Below, in pieces: positions 48,731 to 64,000 of a stretch of DNA of 64,000 nt. A program made the translations under genes and the position numbers. The first letter of the stretch is position 1. The number at the start of each line of letters is the position of its first letter. Origin of the DNA: Antedon mediterranea (lineage: Eukaryota; Animalia; Echinodermata); contig NC_092673.1 in NCBI RefSeq assembly GCF_964355755.1, positions 6,138,001-6,202,000 on the forward strand, written 5' to 3'. Below the pieces are notes generated by a model. It was not told the origin of the DNA. It did no database searches and saw nothing but the letters and a program-made list of their open reading frames with translations.

Positions 48731-51700
48731 AGAAGTAAAAATAAGTGAGTATTATGTAAAATTATTCTATTGCAGTTAGCACAGTAATATATATTTTTTT
48801 TTTGGACATGTTTATTGCAGACTGCCTCATACATTGCAATTAACTAAAAGCAACGTCATTGTCAGAAAACATGTTGTTACTGCAGTAACTGCAGCAGAAA
48901 AATGTTGCCATGATCCCTACAGTAAGTAAACTATGATTTCTGCAATTTGGTAATTAAGCTACACTAACTTTCTCTTTTGTCTCAACTTTAACTATTTCTT
49001 TTATTTTTTTGCTAATTAGATATAATTTAAAGGGTAATATGTTTAAGAGCTTCGGCTCATTGCATAACCCATTTTATATCAAATACTCTGTTTTCAGTTC
49101 ATTATGATTATTTAAATAACACTTATATAAATATTGCTGTAAAATATATATATATATATATTGATACAAAATAAATGGTACGTCTTGAACCGCGAAGAAT
49201 AAAAAATACGAGATGTATTCATATATTAGTTCGCTGTTATTAAATGCAGAAATTCAAACATTTTAATAATATCGTCAACGAAATTATTCTTCTAAATACG
49301 CTTGTCTGGTTAGCATCAATATTTATCTCAACGTATTTTCAATTCTGTCGTAATATGTAGAAAGACATGCACACTAGCAATGACGTCAATAAATAAAATC
49401 ATAATATGATTACCACTGAAATAAAAAAAAAACCACAAACAGTGAGGTGATCAAAGAAACTGGGTCAATGACACACCAATACAAACTAATTTTTTATAGA
49501 TTAACTAATTATTGTATTGTCAATTTGAAAGCCATTGAATGACTTGAAAAGATTCAGAAAATTACAGACTTATATTAGGTCAATGTTATTTGTTAACTAC
49601 AATAGAAGACAACATCCTGTACTATATCAAATCATCAGAAAAAAATATTAAACTTTCTGTTAAATTTATCAAATTATGTAAGATTAATTTTCTATAGGCA
49701 ATGTTATGTCAAAAAATAAAAAGTTAAGTCAAAAGAATATTAATAAATAAATCTATTTAAGCATCATATAATCAATGCTTATGAAATGGGTACATGGTTT
49801 AGTCAAAGCACCAACTGAGCTGATTTACTGGCTGTAACATTGTGGAAGTATGTTTAAAAACGTGTTTGCTAAAAATAAGGGGTGGGTGTGGGGGGGGGGG
49901 GGGAGATAATGTGAAAGCAACATTTGAACTTATGGATGTGCTATAAAAATGAATACATTATCATTATTATTTACAAAATGCCTATGCATGATTTAAATCA
50001 GTGTGTGTGAACATAGCCTTATTTGTTTATAGTTCAATGTAAGTTTCCACTATACTATACTATTGCACTCCTTCTTATTTGACTTTGTGAACATAGAGTA
50101 CACCTTTACAGGAATTCTACCTTTTTTAGGCATGCTACAATATTGTACAGTATCTGTGCAAATTGTCTTTTTTTATCCTACAGTAGTTCAAATGCATCTA
50201 CCAAACAACAATATGTAACAACAAACAATATATTTAATATTTTACTACTACATAGTCATAATATAGAATAAATATTTGAAGAATGATAAAGTTGCTTATA
50301 AAACAATCCATCTTCCAATGCATATTATTATTATTGGTAAACTTTCTTGGGCTCTGGGTTAAGTTTTATTTTAAAATTAAATTGCGGCTTGTTTAAATAG
50401 GGTTGCTAGCATAATGTTTAATATCGTGATGACCTTTTACAGGCAGCTTGCAGCCAGTAGCCATCAACACCTTCATCTTAATAGAATCGATGATAAAGTC
50501 TTTCAATTACTCCTGTTGGCTGTTCCGCCTTAGCATCTTTATGCAGATGATAGGTCTCAGTGGGGTCATTTATATAGCCTAATTGAGAGTTCTGTCATCG
50601 TCTGACATCAGACGAATCGCTGTCAACTGCATACATGCATAATATCTTGCCTTGTTGTAATCATAAATTAATGAATAAATAAATATCAATAAATAGTTTG
50701 ATAGAATAATTTTAAGATAACAGATTCTAGAGAGAATGGTTTACCGGTCTATGATGAAGTAACTGTAGAAATGCAATTTATACCATCAATTAATTATTGA
50801 TGAACAAAAAAAAATAAAAAATAATTTAATTTTGAAGAAATTTAAAACCAGCAAGCTTTATAATAAAAAAATGCACAAATAAATTATTGAAAAAGTTTAC
50901 TGGGACTTGTATGGGCATGTAGTGAATCGCGGCCATTTTGATTTTGAACTAATATTAAGTAATGACATTGTAAAATAAAATATGGCACGGAAATTGATTT
51001 TAAAAGATAGGTTCTTTGACCAATCATTTGCATTAATTTGTTTGAATTTAAATAAATTTGATGTGACATTTGTTTCTGCGGTGTAGGCCTACTGTACATA
51101 TTCAAAGAGAATGAACACGTAACATAAGATGTCTGGATGGTGAAAAACATAAAATCCATTCATATACTTTAATAATAAAGTCTTCAATTTTGGCTGAAAT
51201 CCATACTAATATTGCTCTCTCATGTATGCTGAGACTGAGAGAGAGTGGACTTCACACGTACATACTCATACATTTGTTGATTAATTGCTTTCCGTCGATA
51301 AACTAAAGAGCATGGAAACATCTGCTACCTTAAAAAACCTAGCCTAAGCCGAACACTTCAGATTTACATGTGCTCTCAAGGCCAAATTTTCATACGTGCC
51401 TGTCTGGAATTTCAAAAGAAGGGGTAATGAAGTTCAGACTCAAGCAATACCTGATTGGTATTACATGCTGTTGTCACTTTATTAGCTTGTATAGTGCGAC
51501 CGTGGCACAAGTAATCATACGATGTTCATAATTAGATTTATATATATGATTTATATTATAATTATTACATTATTAAAGTCCTTCAAAACAAAATAAATTT
51601 GAAACAACAAAGCTTTGTTTGTAACTTTGTAAATATATCATTATTAATGTGAAGAGTAATTATATCCTGAAAACAAAAATTGATCAAAAAATCATTTTCA

Positions 51701-54483
51701 GTATATTATTAATCTTATGATTTCAGTTTATTTAATTATATTATTATTAAAAAAAAACACTTACCAATGATAATGACATCATCTTGCAACCTTTGGACTT
51801 CCTCCAATGGCACCTATCAAATCATCTATTCTGCTTCTTTTACAGCGTACTGTAGTTGTTATAAATCGAGTCTCAAGTCTCGAGCATCAGCATCAGTTGA
51901 ATATAATAATAAGATGGACTTTAGATTAGAAAACTGAAACCAAAATATTTAAAACAAATTTAAAAATAGAATTTTTTTATATGACTACTTTATTATTAAT
52001 TAAAAATTATACTGTATGCAATGATACCAAATGGAAAGCGTGGTACCAAATGGAAAGCGTGGTATTGTACTATTGTGACAATAAAATATGTGCTGACTCA
52101 AACATACAGCCTTTCTTCAATTGCCCAACTCTCCCGATAATGGTGCCAGTCTCCCGCTAAAATACAATTTCTCCTAATATTTTGGATAACATTAAAATTA
52201 TACCGATAATGTCTAAAGATTAGAAAACATACCAATACGGTCCATAAGATTTAATAAATTTGATTAATTATATTGAAATATTTATTTGGTACCAAATCTT
52301 TTTGTATTTGGTATTAAGACCTATATAAGTTTAATGCCAATACTTTCCTATTTTTTTAATAGCGTCCTCTATAATTTGATGTAATTTTCAAAATGTTATA
52401 GCACCCTCTATAGTTTAGACATACTTTCAAACACTTGATAAAGTATTTCATTTTTCAAACTCCAAAGTTTTGTTTACTAGAATTAAAGAATGTACCAACT
52501 CTAAAGTTTAAACATAAGGGTCGAACACCTGAGTGAACTCGCCTCTTTAATGAATGAGATTTTTCGGAGGGTTTCTAGTCAATGCAAATGGTACTCGACT
52601 TCTGTGTTTCTGCAGAGTCAATGGGGTGTATTTCTTTCTTTATATTTGTTAACAGGATTACTAAAAAAATTATTGCCCGACTTTCATAAGATTTTAAAAG
52701 ATGGTTTTATAATTGTATGGAAACATGTGATTCAAATTTTATAAGCTTAGGCGGAGGTTTGCGCTACCTGAGTGCCCTTCTAGTTATTGTTATGTTTTAC
52801 TCAATCTATTATTATATATCTTTTAGATCTTAAAATCTATGATCTGTGTTACTGTTAGACTATACCTCGACCTCATCGTCTAGATCACCCTTAACACATC
52901 CTTTTATCAAAGTCAATTTGTAGATTAGTCTTCTACTAAAAGCAATGATAATAACCAGTAATATATCAATGTCCTGAATCAATCAACTGAAAAATATGCT
53001 CTATATAAAATGCAACACTACATGCTATGAACCATAACAATATTTCAATTGAAGATGCACCACAAAAAGAAGCCCTGGTTGTTTTGAAATGAAAGCTAAA
53101 AAATACCATAATAATCAAAGCTGACTTAAGTATTGTTAAACTAAAAGCATCAATCAGGATAGGCGAAACTCATAGACACATAGTGATTCCTATCCGGCAT
53201 CCGACTCAGATACAAAATTTTGTAATAGGAGAGTGTTTAACTTAATGTTGTATGTTTTGTGAAATTCAAATTGTTTACAGGTTTCATTTATTTTGAATCT
53301 ACTTATAAACCAGGGAGTTGTAATAAATAATAATAATTATTATTAATAAAAATATTAATTTTTACAACACCCTGCTGTAACTTGTAAGTGTAGTGAACGG
53401 AAAGAAAGTGAAAATATGTGGCAAAATAGGCATATTTTTTTTTTCTATATCAGCATGTTTGACTGTGCATGCTTTCCTATCAAGGCATTGCTATTACTAT
53501 ATTATAGATCAGCGTTCCACAAACTTTTTATCTTGTGGCATAACAATCCACTTTCCAGAACCAATCCGTGGCCCAACTATACCAACAAAATCATATGAAG
53601 CCCCACCATTCTAGGAATATAATGGACTCCATGCATGCCCTGGATATCGCATTGTAAGTTTGTTTTTAAGGTAAAAATGGTTTAAAAAAAGAAGTAAAAA
53701 TTGCGCTGATGATACGGAAAATTATGCACGCGAGACAGAATTTCAAATTAATTTGCGGCGATGGAAACAAAAGAATCCGCCACCTCATCCCCATCCACAG
53801 TCAACCACATAGGCCTGGCCCTCTAGATAGAATATGATAGATAGTGATAATGTGTGTGCACCAATTAGTTAGTGATCACTTCCTGTATAATATTATCAAT
53901 ACTGAGCAGACATCGTAGTAGTAACTGTGCAGTGAGTGGTGAAAGTAGGTAGTAGGCCTGCCTAGCTAGTGAAAGAAGAGGCTAGAGAGATATAGTCCTA
54001 GACAGTAACATTTACTGTCGACTACAACAATGTTGGATTGATAGGGCATACAATTATATATATATGGAATAGCAATGAAACAATACACTTACTCAAACTA
54101 TACAAAACGTTCTGCACACACAAAATTCGAGAGTGTCGAGTTGAAAGAAACAATTAACTTTCGACATGTTTTTAATGTCAAAATATTGGGGGCGCTGTTC
54201 ATATTTTACTACACGCACTAAATTCCACAACCTGACTTTATTACTTAAATTTAAAGTAAGTAACTTACTTGCTTGCTTCCTACAGGCTGGGTATATTTAA
54301 ACTAAGTCTATTCATATTAAGTGAAACAACAATTCTATATAATCGGCCTAGTTGAAATTGAAAGAGACTATGGACCAAATAAAAATAGTGTATAGGCCTA
54401 CTATTACATACAAAAAAATCAGGACGACGGGAACCAGAATACGTACACGAGTTGCATTTTGGGAATGACATGTGTTAAAGCGC

Positions 54484-54522
54484 CCTCTTTACTACTGATC
54501 ACATTTTGTGAGGTATGGTTAT
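54484..54522 (+). promoter_or_regulatory. Candidate TCT/5'TOP start and non-coding first exon of RPS5
   Basis: CCTCTTT followed by a GAG|GTATGG donor; an alternative CTCTTTTC lies at 54696; acceptor TTTTCAG at 54883. Confidence 0.45.
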
Positions 54523-54901
54523 TTCTAATGCGATAATTTTGTCAATTTTCACATGTTTTTAGAAAGGTTGAGGGAAATTGATTTGCATCAACATATAACT
54601 AAGTCAATATTTTAATAAAGTATTTACACATTTTCCATATACAAATGTTTTGTAATCAATAAAATGAGGCGTCTTGGTAGGTAGCCGATCTGTACTCTTT
54701 CATTCAGATAGCTAGCTGCTCACTCCGTGCGTGGCGGCGGCGGCAGCGGCAGCAGAACTACTTACTGCTGGCTGACGTCCACGACTCGGTAGATGGGGGC
54801 TTAGCTCCAAACAAGCTAACTTTTTAGTTGATAATTTATTATTTTCACTTATTCAGTCAAATACTTTTATTATGTGTTTTCAGTTAGCATAAGCCTAAAT
54901 C

Positions 54902-56668
<1,767 letters not shown>

Positions 56669-57699
56669 AAAGGAATAAATATGATAGTCAATGGAATAAT
56701 TACATAAACACAAGCTCTGTAAAAGTACAGATTTGTAAAATATACTGTGAAAGAAAATTTGTTGTACTTTGTTTTATTATGAGTAAAGTTTTTTTAATAT
56801 AGGTACTATAAATAAATGACAGATATATTGTCCAGGTGTCAATTAGAAGGGTTAGATGACAGTCAAGTAGATATAAGGTGCAGGTTGTAGGCTTGATGCA
56901 GTCACTGCATTCCCACTACCACCCACCCAAACGCTTTATTATATTATGTCAAAAAACGGCCAAGGCATCTGACACAAAGTGTAGTGAAGTACGCAGGGTG
57001 AATCAGATCTATGACAAATAATGTTGATGATCCACAACCAAGCGCCCACCCCCAATTAACTTTTTTGATCAATGTGCAATGGTTATAGCATTTGAAAGGG
57101 GGATGGAGTGTAACGGATGGAATGAGGAAGTTGGTTATATTCAGATATTGTATTTTAACGTATAGGATAGAACAACTTTTTTTTGTACAAATAAAAAAAG
57201 TTTGATTAAATACGTATCCTCAGTTGCGAAGTATTTTGCCGAATTATCAAATTATGTAAATGACTACTATATTGGCACGGTTGACCAATCTGTATAACAG
57301 CACAGGTCCATATTTTGGAAGAAGAGGGTAAAGTTTATTCTACGATTAATCATAGCTAGAAAAAAACCCCAAAATATTTCACACTGTAATCATTTTATGC
57401 AAAAATATTTCAGATTTCTTGTATTAAGAGGACACAGATACAGATAACTTTAAAAATACCTATTTACTCAAAAACAACATACAAGTAGTAATACACACAA
57501 TTCTACATTTTTTCCTTTATTAGAACATTGTAAAAATACACATTTTTAAAATGTTTGCAATGACCTATTTTACCAATAATATTGCACTTATACACACGAA
57601 AAATAAATAAACATGAAAAGATATATAAAAAATTGTTCATAAAATCTTATTACACCATAATAGTGATAATATACTGGATTTATAAAACGCCTAATGTTG

Positions 57700-57870
57700 T
57701 AAAACATACTCCCATAATGCAGCTAGTAATCATCATCAGGCACCCATTTGTACACCTGGGTGAAGAGAGGCAAACAAAAGTAAAGTGTCTTGCCAAAGTA
57801 TACAAATAGTGCGACGAGCATTGGATTTAAAACCATGATCTCACCGTCCAACACACTGCGGCACACGCCA
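57700..57870 (-). mobile_element. Degenerate CORE-like SINE
   Basis: Minus strand TTGGCAAGACACTTTAC...CTCTCTTCACCCAGGTGTACAAATGGGTGCCTG. Confidence 0.55.
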
Positions 57871-59374
57871 ATACTAATCTTTTACAATATAGCTTATGTA
57901 AATACAATAAGTGAAAATGATTGTTCAACATGGTATCTTGACTACAGTAGTACTAAGCAGGTAATATTTGTATAATAATCTAATTAAGGCATCTAACAAC
58001 AGGATTCCAAGCTCCGGATCAAAGGTTTATCTCTGGTTGCGACACGATCAGGTCCACGCCCCTGAACAGAAACCACACGCCACAGAGAATATGTACATAG
58101 TACAGTACTATTGGTATTTGTTGCAGCCAGACATAAGATCAAAAGACTGTTACGAGTGGCAAGTCGAGCTCGGTGTCCTGTTGTTGGATTGCCTTAAAAC
58201 ATAACTGGATTTTTTTAGTGACCAAATGAGTAAGAAAATAAATTGAATACACACCCTCTATGCTTAATTTTGCACTTAATAAATAGGCGTTACTATGCTA
58301 CAGTATATCAACCATAAAAATACACATAAACAGGTCTAGTCTAACTTATGCTTAAATAAGTAATGTTAATTCATGTTTTTTTCTTAACAGTGAGTGAGAG
58401 TGTGAGAGATAGCCATGTATGTGCAAGATATTTAACTTATTATTTTAACTTAATTACGTTCAAATAATCTTCATTCACTATTATGTACACTTTGTGAGTG
58501 GTAAAACAATTAATAAAACAAACAAAAAACTGCTTATGCCAACTGTCATTTTCATCTTTGTAAACAAACCTTTGAATGTATTGCCATTTTACACACTAAA
58601 ATTAAATTAATTAAAAACAAATTTAAAACAATTTTAGATCACCTCTCTTCACGAAAGGACTAATCAAGAAAAAAAAACACACATTCACAATTAATTTTAA
58701 AATAACATTTTTGGTGTCAGTATTCAGTTCTACTGTACGGAAAATAATGCATGATGTTGTGTCTCGCGATCGGCCATGAATAATACTGTGGGTTAACAAT
58801 ATTTTTGGCAATCGCCAAGAAAACCTGTCTGACAGTGGGATTGTCAGGCATAATGCCTATGTCCAGAATTGTTGCGTCCATTCTTGGGAGATTGGTCTGG
58901 ACCCAACTGTTCCAATTACTGCAAGAGATTCTCATTACATTTGTTTTCTTTGTTACAACCCGATAGAAGCCTACACTTAAGATGGGAAGTATATTGCCCA
59001 AAGGGGTCACATATACCAGAGCTGTACGTATCTTAAAGTACCGACATTCCATGCCAGGTGCAAATATGCTGCATAATTTCCAGTACACCATGCCACTAGT
59101 TTTCTAAATAAGCCCAATAGTACTGGTACTGGTTCAAATAGCCGTCTCACAGAGACATCTGGTAGCCATTGACTTGAAGTTGGATGTGTTACTTTTAAAT
59201 GTACAGATGAGAGTGACTATTACCAAATTGCACAGTCACAAAACTATAGTACAGTAAGTTTATGAGACATTTGATCAACGTGCGTGGAAACTAAGGCTAA
59301 TGTTACCCAGGCTAAAAGTGTGTATTGCCCTGGTATTAAACTGACCAATCATAGTAATCAAACTACAACCTTAA

Positions 59375-59945
59375 CAGGTTATGGGCCCAGTAAACGACTT
59401 TTTTTTAATGGAAACGAAACTAAATACAAGTTGTGGGAAGTCAAGTTTTTAGGACATATACGCATACAAAAATTAAGTAAAGTTATTGTGCCGGAAAGCG
59501 AGGGTTGAGTAGCTGCTCCCAATGAGGCGAAAAATACTAATGCTTTCACCAAACTTGTGCCGTACCTAGATGATAGAAGTCCATCTTTGATAATGAGAGA
59601 CGCAAAGAACGATGAAAGAAAGGCTCTAGGAATCCTGCGGGAACATTATTTGGGAAAACGTAAGCCAAGAAATATATCATTATATACTGAGCTTACCTCA
59701 TAAAAAATTGAGGAACACGAACATGTAACTGACTACGTTATATATTCGAGCAGAAACAGCAGCTACAAGTTTAAAAACTGCTTAAGAACAAATTACCGAC
59801 AGTTTGCTTGTGGCTATGGTCCTGAAAGGACTATCTCAGCAATTCCGGACATTTGTGACCGTGATAACACAAAAATAAAAAGAAATAAACTTTACTGATT
59901 TCAAAATTGCGCTGAGAAGCTTCGTAGAGTCGGAAAAGACTAAAA
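59375..59945 (+). pseudogene. Ty1/Copia-type gag fragment
   Basis: LFFNGNETKYKLWEVKFLG...LDDRS.SLIMRDAKND.RKALGILREHY.GK.KPR.ISLYTELTS, with stops and frameshifts. Confidence 0.7.
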
Positions 59946-60004
59946 AACAATATTACTAAGAAGATGCAAAGGAAAAGTTTCAGTAAATAGTCCCACATCC
60001 TGAC

Positions 60005-60800
60005 CTACGATTTTATCTAAAGAAACTGAAGAAAGGCTAGCTATTGGTGTGAGGAACGAGAAAAAAGTTTCTTTGGTGTTACCCCTGACCAACTATGTTC
60101 AAAGGCATATGAAATAGCCGAAAAAAGTGGAAAACCACATTCATTTAACCAGAAAACCAGAAAAGCTGGTTATGACTGGTTAAAGGGTTTTATGAAGCGC
60201 CACACATGTCTTTCAGTTAGGAAGCCAGAAGCACTCTCTGCTCATCGTGCAAAATGTATGAACGAGGTAGCTGCTGGGAGCTATTTCAAGCTTAAAAGGG
60301 TATAAAGAATAAACCGGCTCAAATTTGGAATTACGACGAAACAGGACTAAATTCAGTGCATCGCCCACCTAAAATAATGGCAACAAAGGGAAAGAAGCAA
60401 GTACATTGCAAGACAAGTGGTGAACGCGGCTTCAACACAACAGTTTTAATGTGCGCCAATGGTGCTGGATCTTAAATCCCACCTTTTGTCATTTACAAAG
60501 GTTCCCGACTGCAGCAGTCGTTAACACGATTCGCACTACCTGGAACACTGTTTGGTTGTTCGGTGTCTTCGTTTGTAAATAGTGAACTATTTCACCTATG
60601 GATGGATTTCTTTATAAAAAACATTCCCCCGGTTCGACCAGTTTTATTATTGTTAGATGGCCATACATCTCATGTAACATTAGAGACCATACAACTTGCG
60701 AAAGAGGTTGAGATGTTATGCTTTCCGCCACACACAACCCATTAGTTGCAGCCCCTTGATAGGTCAGTTTTTGGGCCGCTGAAAGGAAAATCATTTTACC
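60005..60800 (+). pseudogene. pogo/Tigger-like (HTH-CENPB + DDE_1) transposase pseudogene
   Basis: KAGYDWLKGFMKRH, IWNYDETG, LLLLDGHTSH, FPPHTTH*LQPLD; multiple stops. Confidence 0.85.
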
Positions 60801-61829
60801 AAAGAAGGCCTGAAATTGATGATGTTTTACTGGATGGCGTAGGCACCACAGCAGATATTGTTGGATGGTAATACAGTGAAATGTGCATTTAATGTTAATA
60901 TGGTTCAATGATTTTTGAATAATGGAACATCCCATGGGGATAGCCAATGGGAAGGGGTCCTGTTGAGAACCCTGCTGGACACTCAAGCCTAGCTTAGATG
61001 TATCCTCCATGGATACATCTATCTCTTTGGCTTGGATGACTGCCAAGAGAGCAGTGTGTTTTTGTAAGAGATTTATTATTTAAAGAAACCACTTAATATA
61101 CTGTAATTCCACTGCCACAAATTGAGGCTGTTTTGTTTTGGTTACATCAAATTGGATGTTGATAAATAAACCAGTGAATGTATTTCGGGTACTGTCTATT
61201 TTGTTGACGCGCCAACTGCTACCCCACAAATTGGTCAGAGGTCTGTTCATTAAGATACACCATGGATGTGTCCAGAAGAATCTATTGAAGCCCAAAACAA
61301 CATTTTATTTGGATATGAAGAAGCTCTTCTTGTTTTTCAAAATGTTCACAAAGGTCTTTGTAAAGTAATTGCTATATCTATTTACTCCTATTTTGTAAAC
61401 ATGCTCAGCTGGGATATAGATGATGCCCTGAAACAATTGTTGACAGAGATGTCAAGGAAATAAGAAGTAAATAATGGTAAATATTAATATTTATTTTTAA
61501 CTTAATAATTTATAATTTAATAGTGTGAAAACCCTAATTTTTAAAATAATTCTATACTGTATATATATATTTATTTGCGTTGCATGCAGTATTATAATAA
61601 TTTTTAATTTGTTGTTTTTATAGGAAATGTTGAAGAATCGCAAACTGAAAAGTGTAAGCGACAGTTTATATTTAATGAAGAGATCTGAGATCTAAAGCGC
61701 TGAAATTCATCCGTGCCGATTATGAGAGTAGCAAATTTCAGAAAATGAATCAGCACTGAGCTTTTGACAGTTCACCAAAACAATTTAAATTGAAACAGCT
61801 CGAGTTTGGTTACAGTAATTAGGATCCTT

Positions 61830-62420
61830 ATATACAGAACTTTCATCGATGGACATGAAAGAGAAGATGTTCGAGAATGCCAAAAGACATTTATAGATCA
61901 ATTTTCAGATTTGGAAGCCAAACACCTACCACCCTCCAAATGTAATGATGAACAATCAACAGAATCGGAGAAAGCTGAAATTTCAAAGATGCAATTAGCA
62001 GCTGTGTAAAGCGCTTGGTTATGATATATCATGACGAAAGTGCATACAGCGTAAATGACGACCAAAGGAAATTGTGGACTGATGGACAAGTTGGTCATAT
62101 GAGACCCAAAGGACGAGGATCAGGCATAATGATCTCAGATTTCATTGAGGAATTCGACGGGTATTTGCGGCTATCACCTGAAGAAGAGAAAAGAACGTGA
62201 ATATTTCAAACTCCGGAAGCATGCCATAAAATTGAATTGAATGCTAACCCTCAATGAAAAATTCATCTCTGATGCTGGCCATGTCAGTATCCACTGCACG
62301 AGAACACTGTTGGCCTTTTGACCAAAGTACAAGACATACAGCCTGATGCAAAAAAACCTAATTTTCATCCAGGTGGCCAGCAACCAAAATGCATGACATC
62401 GTATACATGAGGAAAACCAC
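61830..62420 (+). pseudogene. Degraded DDE transposase-like sequence (IS630/Tc1-related, inferred)
   Basis: DGHEREDV...IYHDES...PKGRGSGIMISDFI...FDQS..H...PGGQQPK motifs with frameshifts. Confidence 0.55.
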
Positions 62421-62899
62421 AGAATATGGTGAAAGTTGTTCCCATAAAAGCAAGATAACGACGTACGAACAAAAAACTTAAGCCTGGCAAGAAATAACAG
62501 CTGCTGTCAAGCAAGCTAACCCAACTGCGGACAGAGATTAGCAAAATGTAAAAAAAAAAAGGGAAAACCTTGTGTTGCAAGCAATGGGAAACATTACGTC
62601 TTACAAAAAAGATATAATGCAAAAAGGTGAATTTTAGGTACAACACGTACAAAACGCTACCGACAAATTTACTGGCTCATTTATGCTGTATTACACAGGC
62701 CTTATTTTCACATATATCTCTAGTCTCTATCTCTAGCTGTAAATTACTGAAAACAAACTAATACAGTAATAGTAATCAGCAAAGGCAACCTCAAACTGAG
62801 GTAAATTCAATATTATATTTTAAGGAAGAGAAAACTGACATATCTCAACCATTCATGACGTAATCTACAGTATGCTTAATAAAGCGGAACATACAAGTA

Positions 62900-63350
62900 T
62901 AATGTTCAGCTTCTAGGGCTGCGGTTACCAATACAATAGAAGAGCTGCAAAAAAGGCTGGTACTGGGAAAGCTACTACAAGTACCGCATCACAGGAATGC
63001 AGCCCTTGAGTTTAATAGTGAGTTGATTGAAGGTGGAATGATTTGTCCATGACACTAAATTTAGGATCTTTTGTGTCCCGGGTCAACACAATTTTCGTGA
63101 CCAACGGGTGTGTTATGCATTTAATGCCGGCCAATCATGCCAATCTCAGAACTGTGTCTACGCCCATATCTGTTCCGTTTGTAGGTATCCCCACCCGCGA
63201 ACACAGTACAATAGAAAGAGGCAAGGGGCAGCCAGTGCATCAAAATGGCTCCAGTATTAGTCAGCCTACCAACGCCATAATAATAATAAATTGAATTGAA
63301 GCACTTTTGAGCTGGATATGATCGTTTTGTTGATCTGATTAATGGATAAT
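62900..63350 (+). pseudogene. DIRS/Ngaro-type retrotransposon fragment (gag zinc finger / RT start)
   Basis: VCYAFNAGQSCQSQNCVYAHICSVCRYPHP followed by PTP...GYD...LING remnants. Confidence 0.55.
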
Positions 63351-63548
63351 ATTTTATGAGGGAAGCTACAAATATGCAGTAAATTAACTATTTCACATTT
63401 TAAATATTTGAAACAGATTTTATCTGAAACTTGAACTAGTCACTAACCAGGATGCAAGGGGACATCACAGAAGGGTAAATTACCGAGCACTAGATATCTT
63501 CAACCGAGTTGTGTTCCAAAGGAACATCAGCTACTCCTGACAGACTAT

Positions 63549-64000
63549 GGGTGCGTTCGAGCGACACTCCGTTCAATTAACCGTGTAGCGTAACCGGTGA
63601 CCACATGGCCTTACACAGCGGAAGGTACTCCCGTTCGAGGGACAAATCACAAATTTTATAACCGGGTAATACGGTACAGACGGATGCGAAGACGGCGTGC
63701 ACGCCGACAGGTTGTACTACAAGCTAGGGCTCTACTGTTTAGGCAGCGACATGCAGCCCAACCACGTGTCATGGTAAATCGATGTTCGCAGTGGTGGGAT
63801 GATGCAGCTCAGCGTGATGATGTATTTTGGAAAAAAAATTTTCAAATGAATCAGGGAGTACTTTGTGACAGACTGGCCCCCCAACCTTCAAAGAAATGCA
63901 CTGAATGGATTGTCTGTCGAGAGGCTTGTTGGGATAACGATTTGGAGGTTAGCAACTCCATGCGAATTAAGAACTACAGTATATCAAATTTATTTGGTGT
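63549..64000 (+). pseudogene. PIF/Harbinger transposon 5' end with decayed HARBI1-like transposase
   Basis: GGGTGCGTTCG terminus; WW...FWKKNFQM...LCDRLAP / LSVERLVGITIWRLAT...ISNLFG. Confidence 0.7.

Overview
AT-rich eukaryotic (animal; probably a marine invertebrate, by inference) genomic window. Host genes: two tandem torsin-family AAA+ ATPase paralogs (+; the first is 5'-partial), a convergent DIPK1/FAM69-like divergent kinase (-) whose 5' end probably extends about 30 kb through repeat-rich introns, and a complete five-coding-exon RPS5 (+). Mobile DNA is abundant: an intact Ty3/Gypsy (Mag-like) LTR retrotransposon with identical LTRs in torsin intron 1, Harbinger/Kolobok/piggyBac-type MITEs, tRNA- and 5S-derived SINEs, two Penelope-type hammerhead ribozyme remnants, minisatellites and a terminal patchwork of dead transposons. 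The most unusual feature is a 364-bp x3.5 head-to-tail concatemer in torsin intron 3. It is flanked as one block by a 13-16 bp target-site duplication, and each unit carries a 72-nt Asp-like tRNA cloverleaf with the rare ATC anticodon plus a Pol III terminator. All calls were made by eye, without database searches.
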